A DNA stretch of 64,000 nt from Fimbriimonadales bacterium. GTDB taxonomy: Bacteria > Armatimonadota > Fimbriimonadia > Fimbriimonadales > JABRVX01. Each line of letters opens with the position of its first letter. Position 1 is the stretch's first letter. The notes below the pieces were generated by a model. The model had not been told where the DNA came from and ran no database searches. It saw only the letters and a program-made list of their open reading frames with translations. Positions 37,488 to 47,134 of this stretch are shown here, in pieces. The stretch is from assembly GCA_045862955.1 (NCBI GenBank), contig BTVI01000001.1:32001-96000 (forward strand), written 5' to 3'. A program made the position numbers and the translations under genes.

Positions 37488-38294
37488 CTACATCAGCTCG
37501 ATCTCGGGTTGTCCGGTTACGAAAACGGGACCGGTTCCGGGCCAGCGCACGGCGAGCACTCCCCCTTTCGAGGCCACGCACAGGTCGCCCTGATGCAACA
37601 GCCCATAGGTAACCGCGGCTACTGCGGCAGAGCCGGTCCCACATCCCAGTGTTTCGCCAACGCCACGCTCCCAGATTCGGATGCGCACGCTACCAGGGGC
37701 GAGGGGCTGCACCCACTCCACCGATGTGCGCTCGGGGAAGGCCGGGTGGTTCTCCAGTTGCCGGCTGAGCGCCTCGAACTCAGCGTCGCTTGGCAGAGAG
37801 TGCACGATGATCGCCGAATGTGCGGTGCCCGTGGACACGGGCCGAATGGGGTATGGAAAGCCGGGCAGCACGACTTCTGCCGGCAACGGGTCCGGCAGCG
37901 CGATCGGGATGGCGCTGGCGAGGCGAGACGGTTCCGGTAGAGCAACCGTCACCGCAATCGGCTGGTCGGTATCCACTTTCAGCGATATCGGAATTTCCGA
38001 CGCCCCGTGGCGAATCGCAAACTGCTGCCGAAGGACCGCTCCCGTGAGCCATGCATAGGCTCCTGTGCAGATCAGGCCGTTCCCGCAGAAATCTTCCGTG
38101 CCGTCCGGGTTGAACATCCTCAGGTGCAGGGGCTCACCGGCCTCGAAAACCAGCAGGCCGTCGCACTCGGCGCGAGTGCGGTCTTCGCCCCAGCAGACGT
38201 CGAGAGCCAACGCCGACCAATCGCGCGCCTCGGTCTCACGGAGGTCCACCAGCAGGAAACGGTTCTGCACGGAGGACACGCGGTGCAGCTTCAT
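37488..38294 (-). CDS. dapF: Diaminopimelate epimerase
   Basis: DGLL, NPDGTEDFCGNG, STGTAH, FPERTSVE, WERGVGETLGCGTG. Confidence 0.88.
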   Translation of the reverse strand: MKLHRVSSVQNRFLLVDLRETEARDWSALALDVCWGEDRTRAECDGLLVFEAGEPLHLRMFNPDGTEDFCGNGLICTGAYAWLTGAVLRQQFAIRHGASEIPISLKVDTDQPIAVTVALPEPSRLASAIPIALPDPLPAEVVLPGFPYPIRPVSTGTAHSAIIVHSLPSDAEFEALSRQLENHPAFPERTSVEWVQPLAPGSVRIRIWERGVGETLGCGTGSAAVAAVTYGLLHQGDLCVASKGGVLAVRWPGTGPVFVTGQPEIELM

Positions 38295-38301
38295 CGGCGG
38301 C

Positions 38302-40266
38302 CTAGGCGCGGGTCTCGTCGAACACGAGGTCCGCAGGCGCGCTACCGCGGTCATCCACCAGGTACACCCATACGCCGCGACACGGGTGCAAACAACGGAG
38401 CACCTTCAGCATCAGTTCGTTGTCTCCCCGTCGCAGCTCGGCGCTGGTGATGTAGGGCGGTTTCGGCAGCGGCACTGCTTCGTGATGGTCGTGGTACCAC
38501 AGCTTCTTCTCGCGGTTGACCCACAAAACCAAGCCGTCATCGGTAGCGGCAATGATGCGCACCGGTCGGGCTTCTGCGCTAACCACGATGGTCCGGAGGT
38601 ACACGACTCCTGGGCTGTCCCCGAAGTCCTCGGCGAGTGGGACCCAGGGGCCCTCCACCCAGCGCGGCTGCCACTTGCCCGGCAGGTTCGAGCGAAGCAT
38701 GAATACCTCGTCGCGACCGTACACATCCTCGGCGCGATAGTGCTTGTCGAAGGCCGTGCCCTCGGGGTTCGGAAACGGCCCGACAACCATCCAGCCGTTC
38801 GGACGCAAGAGAGCTGCCTCGAACGAGCAGTCTCCGATGCGCAGTGCGAGGCGCCCCCGCTCTGGCGGGTGGCCCGACGGAGACTGCGCCACGACGCAAA
38901 ACTCGTAAGCGGATCCTGGCCTTAGTAGGGCCGGTTGCGGCCGGCACGCCAGTGTCCAATCATTTGGTGCCGTCACGCTCGGCTCGGCGCTGACGTCCCG
39001 GTCGCCTAGGTTCTCGACCGTTATCCTCGCCTTGTTGGAGCGACCGGGGTACACCACGGGTGGTTCCTGGAAGTCGAAGGTGACACGTAAGCCACAGCAC
39101 TCCACGATCTGCGAGTTCGGGTTGAGCGACCACAGAGGGCGGCACAGCGCGCTATCTTTCATTGGGAGCAGCGGATCGGGTGGCTCTGACTGTGGGGCTG
39201 TCTCGTCGCCGGTCACTTCCGCTTCAGGTGTTGGCGCAGGCGCCAGAGCAGGCACCTCACCCACGGTGGCCGGCGCTCCCTCGCGGGCAATTCTCTCCGC
39301 GACTTCGCCCATCCGCTGAGCAAGCGCCTCGAAGGGCACCGCATCCTCGGGTCGTCGGATGTCCGCAGTGCTCAGCAGGCGGTCGCCGAGCGGGCCTTTC
39401 CACTCGTCCGAGATGCCGTCCGCACCGACGAGGATGCCCATCGCACCGCCGACTGCCACACCGAGCGGTGCCGAGTCTCCGCCGAGCGAGGCAGCGAGAC
39501 AGACACTCTCGCCGAAGGAGCCTCTTCCTGCCAGCAGCGAGTAGACGAAGAACCCAACGTTCAGCGGGCCGAATGCGTGACTGGGTTCTCTGGCCGCCTG
39601 TTGGATGCGCTTACGAGCCTCTGCCGGAGCCGCGGGTGCCTCGAGGGCCGCGTTGACTCCGGCCCGCACGCAGGCTGCGGTGTTGGATTCGGCAGGGACC
39701 ATCTTGAGCGCGATGCCCACCGCCTCGGACAGCCGCTTGGTGGCGAACAGGGTAGAGCAAGCTGCCGCCACGAACATGGCGCACAGCACCCCCTCGCGGG
39801 CGTGGTCCACCGTCGCCGCGAGGCCTGCAAGCCGGGCGGTCTCGGCCGGGTCGCCAGGGCAGAGGCAGCCGAACATCGCACCCGAGGCAGCAGCACCGAA
39901 GCCCTGAGCCAAGGCATTTCCTACGAACCCGGAGGCGGGGGCCGTGAGACCCATTTCGAGGTTTCGGTACGCAAACGCCCCCGCTGATGCCCGCGTGTTC
40001 GCGGTGTCGCGATAGCGGGTGCAGAAGGGATGCGGCGAGTTCGGTCTGCCGTGGTCGGCAAGCAGCGACAGCCACGTGAGTTGGAGGTCCAGAGCGGGTA
40101 GTGGCCTCATCGCGGGCGGTATCGGGTTGAAGCCCCTGACAGGAAGGTAGGCGCCACCTCCGGCTCGCTGTGCACCCAGAGTCCCGCCCGCCGCGGCCCC
40201 GTACAGGAAGCCGAGACGGCTCTTTGACGCATCTGCACTCGGGATATATATCGCCGTGCCTACCAT
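38302..40266 (-). CDS. ADP-ribosylglycohydrolase-fold protein with C-terminal beta-sandwich domains (catalytic motifs degenerate)
   Basis: GFLYGAAAGGTLG, LDLQLTWL, NLEMGLTAPASG, PGDP..A..VDHAREG, GGAMGILVG; C-terminal WMVVGPF and TDDGLVLWVN. Confidence 0.72.
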   Translation of the reverse strand: MVGTAIYIPSADASKSRLGFLYGAAAGGTLGAQRAGGGAYLPVRGFNPIPPAMRPLPALDLQLTWLSLLADHGRPNSPHPFCTRYRDTANTRASAGAFAYRNLEMGLTAPASGFVGNALAQGFGAAASGAMFGCLCPGDPAETARLAGLAATVDHAREGVLCAMFVAAACSTLFATKRLSEAVGIALKMVPAESNTAACVRAGVNAALEAPAAPAEARKRIQQAAREPSHAFGPLNVGFFVYSLLAGRGSFGESVCLAASLGGDSAPLGVAVGGAMGILVGADGISDEWKGPLGDRLLSTADIRRPEDAVPFEALAQRMGEVAERIAREGAPATVGEVPALAPAPTPEAEVTGDETAPQSEPPDPLLPMKDSALCRPLWSLNPNSQIVECCGLRVTFDFQEPPVVYPGRSNKARITVENLGDRDVSAEPSVTAPNDWTLACRPQPALLRPGSAYEFCVVAQSPSGHPPERGRLALRIGDCSFEAALLRPNGWMVVGPFPNPEGTAFDKHYRAEDVYGRDEVFMLRSNLPGKWQPRWVEGPWVPLAEDFGDSPGVVYLRTIVVSAEARPVRIIAATDDGLVLWVNREKKLWYHDHHEAVPLPKPPYITSAELRRGDNELMLKVLRCLHPCRGVWVYLVDDRGSAPADLVFDETRA

Positions 40267-40524
40267 AGCAATTCGAAGACCCTAGGGCCGTAGCTCGATT
40301 GGAGGCTAGCCGAGTTGACTTTGACGCCCGGCTGTGCCACACTCTGCGAGCGGAGTCTCATGGTGCGATTCGTCATGATCCGCGAGTACCTCCACCCTCG
40401 CTGGAACGAGCGAATGATGGCAGGTTACCTCGGAGGGTGACGGGGCACCGGAAACTTGGGTCCGAATCCCCCAGAGAGCATCCCCGGCGAGCCTCGGGGT
40501 ACCACTGAGAGAGTGCAAACGAGA

Positions 40525-41106
40525 ATGGCCAATTGGAGAATTCTGATAGCAGACGATGACGAAGCCGTTCGTCAGGTATTGAGGGAACATCTGGAGAGCC
40601 TCGGCCACCTGGTCGTCGCCGAGTGTCTCAACGGCCTGGAGGTAGTGGAACAGGCCGCTCAAGTGTCGCCCGACCTCATGATCTTGGACATACGCATGCC
40701 CGAGATGGACGGTATCGAAGCGGCGAAGCGAGCCCAGCTCGTGAGTCCTTGCGCCGTGCTATTCCTCACGGGCTACGTCGAGGATGAGCTGATCCAGCAG
40801 GCGGGTGAAGTCGGGGCCGGTGGATACCTGGTGAAGCCCATTCGGGGCGAGGAGATCCGCCCGGCCATCGAAATCGCCGTGAAGCGCTTCCGTGAGCGCG
40901 TGGCCACGGAGAAGGAAGCCGAACACCTTCGGGAGGCGCTGGAGGCCCGCAAGCTGGTGGATCGTGCTAAGGCGTACCTCATGAACTCGAAGGGGATGAC
41001 CGAAGAGCAGGCGTTCAAGACCATCCACTTCGGTGCTCGCAACTCGAGCCGCACGATGAGGGAAGTTGCGATCGAAGTGCTCCAGCAGGCCGGAATTCCG
41101 ATCTAG
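40525..41106 (+). CDS. ANTAR-domain response regulator (AmiR/NasR/PdtaR type)
   Basis: REC motifs ILIADDD, ILDIRMP, YLVKP; ANTAR LEARKLVDRAKAYLM..GMTEEQAF. Confidence 0.92.
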   Translation: MANWRILIADDDEAVRQVLREHLESLGHLVVAECLNGLEVVEQAAQVSPDLMILDIRMPEMDGIEAAKRAQLVSPCAVLFLTGYVEDELIQQAGEVGAGGYLVKPIRGEEIRPAIEIAVKRFRERVATEKEAEHLREALEARKLVDRAKAYLMNSKGMTEEQAFKTIHFGARNSSRTMREVAIEVLQQAGIPI

Positions 41107-41161
41107 ATTCGGCGTAACCCCCTGAACTGACCGATAATCCTTCCGAGGAGCAGGGCAGTTC

Positions 41162-42874
41162 ATGGTTACACGGCGGCGCTTGGGTGAAATACTGGTCGCG
41201 GCGGGCCGCATTACCGAGCCACAACTCAAAGCTGCGCTCGAGGAGTCGCGCAATTCCGGCCGGCGCCTAGGCGAGGTGCTCGTTGCGTCTCGGCTGATCG
41301 GTTTCGACGATCTGGGGCGCGCCATCGCCGAGCAGTTCGAGGTTCCTTACGAACCGATGTCCGACATCGCGCCCACTCCCGAAGTGCTCGAGTTGGTCCC
41401 GGCATGCACCGCATCGAACTTCCAAGTGTTCCCCCTCAAGCTCGATGCGCATGCGTTCTCTGTTGCGATGTGCAACCCGGACGACCTCGAGGCTCAGGAC
41501 TGGCTCCAAGCCCGAACCGGCAAGCCTCTGGATGTTCGTTATGCTCTGCCTGAGCGAGTGGAGCGAGCGATCTCCTTCTACTACGGGGTCGCGGGCGGCT
41601 GCCGCGAGGCCGGTGCAGAGGCGGAGGCGGCGCCTGTCGAAGACGAGCCTGACGGGTTCTCGGTCGAGAGTATGCGAAGGGCCGGTCAAGAGGCACCGGT
41701 CATCCGGCTCGTGAACGACATCCTGGCGGAGTGCGTGCAGGCCGGAGCTAGCGACATACACTTCGAGCCCCGGCGTACCGGGCTGGAAGTGCGGATGAGG
41801 GTGGACGGAGTGATGCGGCGGATGCGCCAGCTCCCCAAGTCGCTCCGGCCCGCGGTAATCTCCCGGCTGAAGCTAATGGCCGATATTGACATCACGGAAC
41901 GCAGGAAGGCGCAGGACGGCCGCATCTCCATTCGACTGAACCAACATCGCATAGATATCCGCGTCAACACCTTGCCAACCCGATGGGGTGAGAGAACGGT
42001 GCTCCGACTGCTTGACCAGGAGGCCGGCCCCCGTCCCCTCTCCGAGCTGGGCATGACTCCCGAGATAGAACAAGCCTTCCGAGCCGCGCTCACTCATCCG
42101 CACGGTCTTATTCTGGTCACGGGCCCCACCGGAAGCGGCAAGACGACTACGCTCTACTCCGCCCTCCGCGAGCTGAACGACGAGAGGATCAACATTCTAA
42201 CTTGCGAAGACCCCATCGAGTACGAGCTGGAGGGTGTCGGGCAGTCGCAGGTCAACGAGAAGGTGGGCCTGACCTTCTCGGCCCAGCTTCGGGCGGCGTT
42301 GCGCCAGGACCCCGACGTAGTTCTGGTCGGAGAGATTCGCGACCTCGAGACAGCCGAAGTCGCAGCTCGAGCCGCCATGACGGGTCACCTGGTGCTCTCG
42401 ACGCTGCACACCAATGACGCGCCGAGTGCCATCCCGCGCCTCATTGACATGGAAGTGCCGCCGTACCTAATCAACTCGGCACTGATCGCCGCAACGGCCC
42501 AACGCTTGCTGCGCCGCCTGTGTACCGAATGCCGGGTGCAACGAGCCGTCTCAGCGGAAGAGGCCGCAGAGCTGGGCCTGCCTCCCGGAGCGACGATCTG
42601 GGAAGCCAAGGGCTGCACTAGCTGCATGAACTCGGGCTATCGAGGGCGCATTGGCGTGCACGAGGTACTGACCATGAACGACGAAATCCGTGCGCTGACG
42701 CTTCGGCGTGCCTCGGGCACGGATATCCGCAACGCCGCGGTGCGGTCCGGGATGGTGACCATGCAGGACGACATCCGGCGCAAACTGATGGCCGGCGAGA
42801 CTTCTGCCGCCGAAGCCAGCCGCTTCCTTCTGGCGCACACGGCGGAGAGTGAGACCGAGGAACTGGCAGCGTAA
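41162..42874 (+). CDS. GspE/PilB family secretion/pilus assembly ATPase
   Basis: MshEN-like RLGEILV x2, ASDIHFEP, Walker A GPTGSGKT, LRQDPDVVLVGEIRD, STLHTND, tetra-Cys motif. Confidence 0.93.
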   Translation: MVTRRRLGEILVAAGRITEPQLKAALEESRNSGRRLGEVLVASRLIGFDDLGRAIAEQFEVPYEPMSDIAPTPEVLELVPACTASNFQVFPLKLDAHAFSVAMCNPDDLEAQDWLQARTGKPLDVRYALPERVERAISFYYGVAGGCREAGAEAEAAPVEDEPDGFSVESMRRAGQEAPVIRLVNDILAECVQAGASDIHFEPRRTGLEVRMRVDGVMRRMRQLPKSLRPAVISRLKLMADIDITERRKAQDGRISIRLNQHRIDIRVNTLPTRWGERTVLRLLDQEAGPRPLSELGMTPEIEQAFRAALTHPHGLILVTGPTGSGKTTTLYSALRELNDERINILTCEDPIEYELEGVGQSQVNEKVGLTFSAQLRAALRQDPDVVLVGEIRDLETAEVAARAAMTGHLVLSTLHTNDAPSAIPRLIDMEVPPYLINSALIAATAQRLLRRLCTECRVQRAVSAEEAAELGLPPGATIWEAKGCTSCMNSGYRGRIGVHEVLTMNDEIRALTLRRASGTDIRNAAVRSGMVTMQDDIRRKLMAGETSAAEASRFLLAHTAESETEELAA

Positions 42875-42973
42875 GACGTCAGCCTAGGGTCCCGGTTTTT
42901 CCGCAGCCCCCGGTTCTTGCGTTTCCCCCTTGGCGGTGGCTTGGCAGCGGGACTTGCTGTACAATTTGGAATC

Positions 42974-44230
42974 ATGATCGGTGCGGCGTTTCTCGTCTTC
43001 CTCGGGGTCTGCGCGCAAGTCAGCGTGCAGGACCAGGCGCTCCTCGACGAGCTCTCCTACAAGGCCTTCCGTTTCTTCTGGGAGCAGTCCAACCCCACGA
43101 CGGGGTTCACGAAGGACCGTGCCGCCAATCTGGCCGGGTCGGACTCTTACACGGTGTCCAGCATCGCCTCGACGGGCTTCGCGCTCGCCGCGAACGCGAT
43201 CGGCGTGGAACGCGGTTGGATCACCCGAAACCAGGGCCTCATGCGCACTCGCATCACACTACAGAACCTGAACAGTGTCGCGCCGCGAGTCAACGGATGG
43301 TTCTACCACTTCATCCACTGGCAGACAGGCGCCCGGATGTGGAGCAGCGAGGTGTCCTCGATCGACACGGCCATTCTCTTGGCCGGTGCGGTGATTGCCG
43401 AGCGGTACTTCAAGGATGCCAGCGTGACGAACGAGTTCAATGCGATGCTGGGCGCAGTGAATTGGCAGTGGATGTTGACGGACGGCGGCACGAAGCCCGG
43501 CTCCCTCACCTTCTGCCACGGCTGGACCCCCGAAGCCGGGTTCATCCCGTATCGCTGGGACAGCTATGCCGAGCACATGGTGCTGTACATTCTGGCCCTC
43601 GGGGCCTGGGAAGGGATGCCCAATGCCTCGTGGACGGCATTCTCGCGACCCGTGGTCACCTACTACGGCTACAAGTTGTTCGGGGGAGGACCGCTGTTTC
43701 TGCATCAGATGTCGCAGAGCTTCCTGGACTTCTCGCGCACTCGGGACGTACTGGGGCTGGATTATTGGACCAGCGGGAGAAACCACACGCTGGCGAATCG
43801 CCTGTACTGCATCAACAACCCGAAGGGATACGCTGGTTACGGGCCCAACTTCTGGGGGCTATCTGCGGGCGACACTCCAGACGGCTATAAAGCACTCGGC
43901 GCTCCGGGCTGGGGCGAGGACAACGGCACCGTCATCCCGACGTCGGCCATCGCCAGCATCATCTACACACCGGCCGAGAGCATGGCGGCCGCCGAGCACT
44001 TCCGCAACAACTACGCGAACGCGTACGGGCGCTACGGTTTCAGCAATGGCATCAATCCTTCGCGGTCGTGGGTGGGTCCGGATGTAATCGGAATCGATCT
44101 CGGCATGATGTTGCTGGCGTTGGAGAACTACCGCAGCGGTCTTCCCCACCGCCTCTTTCATTCGCATCCGGTGGTGGAGCGCGGGTTCAAGCGAGCGGGG
44201 TTCTGGCCCCGAAGTCAGGCGCTGGATTGA
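42974..44230 (+). CDS. GH144-like (DUF3131 / glucoamylase family) endo-beta-1,2-glucanase, paralogue A
   Basis: Signal peptide; FRFFWEQ..TGFTKDR, SIASTGF, GWFYHF, EVSSIDT, GPLFLHQ, WGLSA, GRYGF, IGIDLG. Confidence 0.82.
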   Translation: MIGAAFLVFLGVCAQVSVQDQALLDELSYKAFRFFWEQSNPTTGFTKDRAANLAGSDSYTVSSIASTGFALAANAIGVERGWITRNQGLMRTRITLQNLNSVAPRVNGWFYHFIHWQTGARMWSSEVSSIDTAILLAGAVIAERYFKDASVTNEFNAMLGAVNWQWMLTDGGTKPGSLTFCHGWTPEAGFIPYRWDSYAEHMVLYILALGAWEGMPNASWTAFSRPVVTYYGYKLFGGGPLFLHQMSQSFLDFSRTRDVLGLDYWTSGRNHTLANRLYCINNPKGYAGYGPNFWGLSAGDTPDGYKALGAPGWGEDNGTVIPTSAIASIIYTPAESMAAAEHFRNNYANAYGRYGFSNGINPSRSWVGPDVIGIDLGMMLLALENYRSGLPHRLFHSHPVVERGFKRAGFWPRSQALD

Positions 44231-44339
44231 GGCCGGCAGGGGCCGCAGGGCCGTCTTTCGGGCTACTGCCATGGTGCGGAGCCTGTTCAGCGAGTAGACT
44301 AGCGGGCGTGATTCCTTTTCGCTCTCGCGGGCCTCTCGG

Positions 44340-46733
44340 GTGAACAGCTTGACCGATTCCGTCCGACTGCTCCCAAATCGCTATGGCCACTTCGATCCCG
44401 AGACCTCGGAGTTCGTCATCACGGACGTGTTGACGCCTCGTCCCTGGGTCAACGTGCTGGCCAACGAGCGCTACGGCGCGGTGGTGAGCCAGGTCGGAGG
44501 CGGCTTCTCTTGGTTCGAGAACTGCCAGCTGTTCCGGTTGTCGCGTTGGGACCAGGACCTCTCGACCGACGCGATGGGTCGCTTCGTGTATGTTCAAGAC
44601 GCAGATAGGCCGGAGGCCATTTTCTCCACGACTTGGCAGCCTACTAGGCGGTCTCAGCCGGGCGAGAGGGTGCGGCACGGGCTCGGCTACACCGTGTACG
44701 AGCGTGAGCTCGACGGCCTGGCCACCTCGCAGACGGTCTTCGTGCCGGTGGACGCGCCATGCGAGGTCTGGTTGATAGAAGTGCAGAACCGCCGGGCCAC
44801 TCCCCGACGCGTACGGCTGACAACCTATCTCGAGTGGCACCTGGGCGGGGTTGCCGACTGGCACCGGGAGTTCCACCGGCTGTTCGTCGAGACGCGCGCT
44901 CACGGGAATACCCTCCTTGCGCGCAAGCACCCCGGGCTGCATCCCTACTCGCGCGAAGTCGCGGATGGGTCGGTCGGCGCGGTGTTGGCCATCGCCGGCG
45001 CGGGCGACGTGGAGTGGATTACGGACAAGCGCGCATTCTTGGGCAGACAGGGCGACCTGGCACGACCCCAGGCCCTTCTCGACCCGTCGCCCCTCGTTCC
45101 GTGCGAACGAGGGACGGGCCGATGGGATGACCCTGTCGGCTGCGGGAGCGTCACGTTCGAGCTGTCTCCGGATGAGAGCAAGCGAGTGGTAGTCGTCCTC
45201 GGCGCGGGCCACTCGGACGAAGCCAATCAAGGGATGGTACAGCGCTTCGATGCGGATGCCGCCCAGGAAGCCCTCGGTGACGTGAAAGCGCACTGGCGCT
45301 CGCTGTGCGCCGACGCGTCGGTGATCAGTCCAGAGCCTGCGCTGGACGTGTTGTGCAACGCGTGGCTTCCCTATCAGGCCATCGCCGGCCGGATGCTGGC
45401 GCGGTGCGGCTACTACCAGCAGAGCGGGGCGTACGGTTATCGAGATCAGCTGCAGGACAGCCTCCTCCACCTGCTTACCGAGCCGTCACGTTGTCTCGAG
45501 CAGATCCGGCTCCATGCGGAGGCGATGTACGAGGACGGCGGAGTTAGGCACTGGTGGCATCCGGGGACCGACATTTACACCGAGAGCCGGCACAGCGACG
45601 CCGCACTGTGGCTTCCGTTCGCCGTTCTCGCGTATCTGGACGAGTCGGGCGACACCAGAGCACTAGAGCAAGAACTGGCGTACCTCTCGAGAGACACGCA
45701 GTTGCACGGCAGCACGGGGTCTCTGCTCGAGCACTGCATGCGAGCACTGGACCGCGCCCTGGACCGGCTATCGCCACGCGGGCTGCCTCTGATCGAATCG
45801 GGTGACTGGAATGACGGCCTGAGCCATGCCGGGATCGAAGGTCGCGGGGAGTCCGTGTGGCTCGGGATGTTCCTCTTCGCCATCCTCGAACGCTGGAAGG
45901 GCTGGCTGGAGCGGCTGCGCCTCGGCGAAGTGGCGAAGCGCTACGCAGGCTGCGCCGAGTCGCTGCGGCGTGCGGTGAACGAGTGGGGATGGGACGAGGA
46001 CCGGTATGTGGGGGGGTATCGTGACGACGGCAAGCCCTTCGGTGCGAGAGAGTGTGCCGAGGGAAGCCTGTATCTCAACCCGCAGACGTGGGCGGTGATC
46101 AGTGGTATCGCACCGCCAGAACGGGCACAACGCGCTTTGCGAACCGTTCGGGAGCAGTTGCTCGAGCCCTATGGCGCGCTCTTGCTCCGGCCCGCTTACA
46201 CGGCGCTCGACCCGTACATCGGCTACATCACCCGCTACGCGCCTGGGCTGCGGGAGAACGGCGGGGTGTATTGCCATGCCGCCACGTGGGCGGTTCAAGC
46301 CTTCGCGATGATGGGAGACACGGATACTGCTCTCGCGGTGTACCGCTCACAGTGTCCGCCCCTGCGGTCGGGCGAAGCCCCAGACCGGTATGCAGCCGAG
46401 CCTTACGTGATGCCCGGCAACGTGGACGGCCCGGACTCGCCACACGAGGGCCGCGCCGGATGGACTTGGTACACGGGCTCGGCCGCCTGGATGAAACGTG
46501 TGGCCTTCGACTGGCTATGCGGGGTGCGAGCAGAGCCCGAGGGACTCCGCGTGCGGCCATACCTTCCCTCGAGTTGGGACGGTCTTCAGATCCGACGCCC
46601 GTTCCGTGGTGACGTTTTCGAGATCGAAGTGCGTCGGCCGCCGCAATACGGGGGGCCGGCGGATGGTCCGATTGCCGATCTGCTGGTCCAGTCGAGCGGG
46701 AGCGGGAAGACGCATTCGATTAGTCTTCCGTAG
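44340..46733 (+). CDS. GH94 glycoside phosphorylase
   Basis: TPRPWVNVLAN, RHGLGYT, YQQSGAYGYRDQLQD, GDWNDG, ENGGVYCHA, WTWYTGSAAW. Confidence 0.92.
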   Translation: MNSLTDSVRLLPNRYGHFDPETSEFVITDVLTPRPWVNVLANERYGAVVSQVGGGFSWFENCQLFRLSRWDQDLSTDAMGRFVYVQDADRPEAIFSTTWQPTRRSQPGERVRHGLGYTVYERELDGLATSQTVFVPVDAPCEVWLIEVQNRRATPRRVRLTTYLEWHLGGVADWHREFHRLFVETRAHGNTLLARKHPGLHPYSREVADGSVGAVLAIAGAGDVEWITDKRAFLGRQGDLARPQALLDPSPLVPCERGTGRWDDPVGCGSVTFELSPDESKRVVVVLGAGHSDEANQGMVQRFDADAAQEALGDVKAHWRSLCADASVISPEPALDVLCNAWLPYQAIAGRMLARCGYYQQSGAYGYRDQLQDSLLHLLTEPSRCLEQIRLHAEAMYEDGGVRHWWHPGTDIYTESRHSDAALWLPFAVLAYLDESGDTRALEQELAYLSRDTQLHGSTGSLLEHCMRALDRALDRLSPRGLPLIESGDWNDGLSHAGIEGRGESVWLGMFLFAILERWKGWLERLRLGEVAKRYAGCAESLRRAVNEWGWDEDRYVGGYRDDGKPFGARECAEGSLYLNPQTWAVISGIAPPERAQRALRTVREQLLEPYGALLLRPAYTALDPYIGYITRYAPGLRENGGVYCHAATWAVQAFAMMGDTDTALAVYRSQCPPLRSGEAPDRYAAEPYVMPGNVDGPDSPHEGRAGWTWYTGSAAWMKRVAFDWLCGVRAEPEGLRVRPYLPSSWDGLQIRRPFRGDVFEIEVRRPPQYGGPADGPIADLLVQSSGSGKTHSISLP

Positions 46734-46751
46734 CGCGCCGCGTTCGCTCTC

Positions 46752-46946
46752 TCAGTTGCCCTGGCCGGATGAAGAGGTACCTTGCGGGGCGGTGCCACCG
46801 CCCGGAATCGCGGGCTCGCCGATGCCTAGCTGCTCGGGTGTACTGCCGCCGTCTCGAAAGAAGAGGGCCCAAGCGACGACCGCCAAGACGATCACCACGA
46901 TACCGATAACGACGCCTGCCACGCGTCCTGAGACCTGCATGTTCAT
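46752..46946 (-). CDS. Small single-TM protein (64 aa)
   Basis: GAGAGG-like RBS; one hydrophobic helix and a G/P/S-rich tail; own promoter motif and operator upstream. Confidence 0.72.
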   Translation of the reverse strand: MNMQVSGRVAGVVIGIVVIVLAVVAWALFFRDGGSTPEQLGIGEPAIPGGGTAPQGTSSSGQGN

Positions 46947-46960
46947 CCTCTCACCGCCTT

Positions 46961-46976
46961 GCTGAAACGGTTATGC
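46961..46976. promoter_or_regulatory. LacI-type operator O1
   Basis: gctgaaacggttatgc; matches O2 and O3; lies just downstream of the SigH-like -10 of the small TM gene. Confidence 0.55.
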
Positions 46977-46982
46977 AGCCGA

Positions 46983-47009
46983 TTCGCTGGTGCCCCCGCA
47001 CCCTCCTGC
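46983..47009 (-). promoter_or_regulatory. SigH-like promoter of the small TM gene
   Basis: GCAGGA-N17-CGAA. Confidence 0.55.
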
Positions 47010-47081
47010 TGAAAAAGGTAATTTACGATACCCGATTTACCAGGTAAAAAGACCTGATTACGCCCCAGATGCTCTCTGAGT

Positions 47082-47130
47082 GTGCCAATCCGGGCGTAGT
47101 GTGTTACACTACTAGGTGAAAGGTTTCAGC
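47082..47130 (+). promoter_or_regulatory. sigma70 promoter of the lacI operon and operator O2
   Basis: GTGCCA-N17-TACACT (47105-47110) with extended TG, then near-palindrome ggtgaaaggtttcagc (47115-47130). Confidence 0.65.
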
Positions 47131-47134
47131 AACG

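Noticed and set aside
47036..47048. Palindrome tttacc-a-ggtaaa in the lacI divergent promoter region
   Set aside because: Single occurrence with no matching second site seen in the window; cannot be assigned to a regulator.
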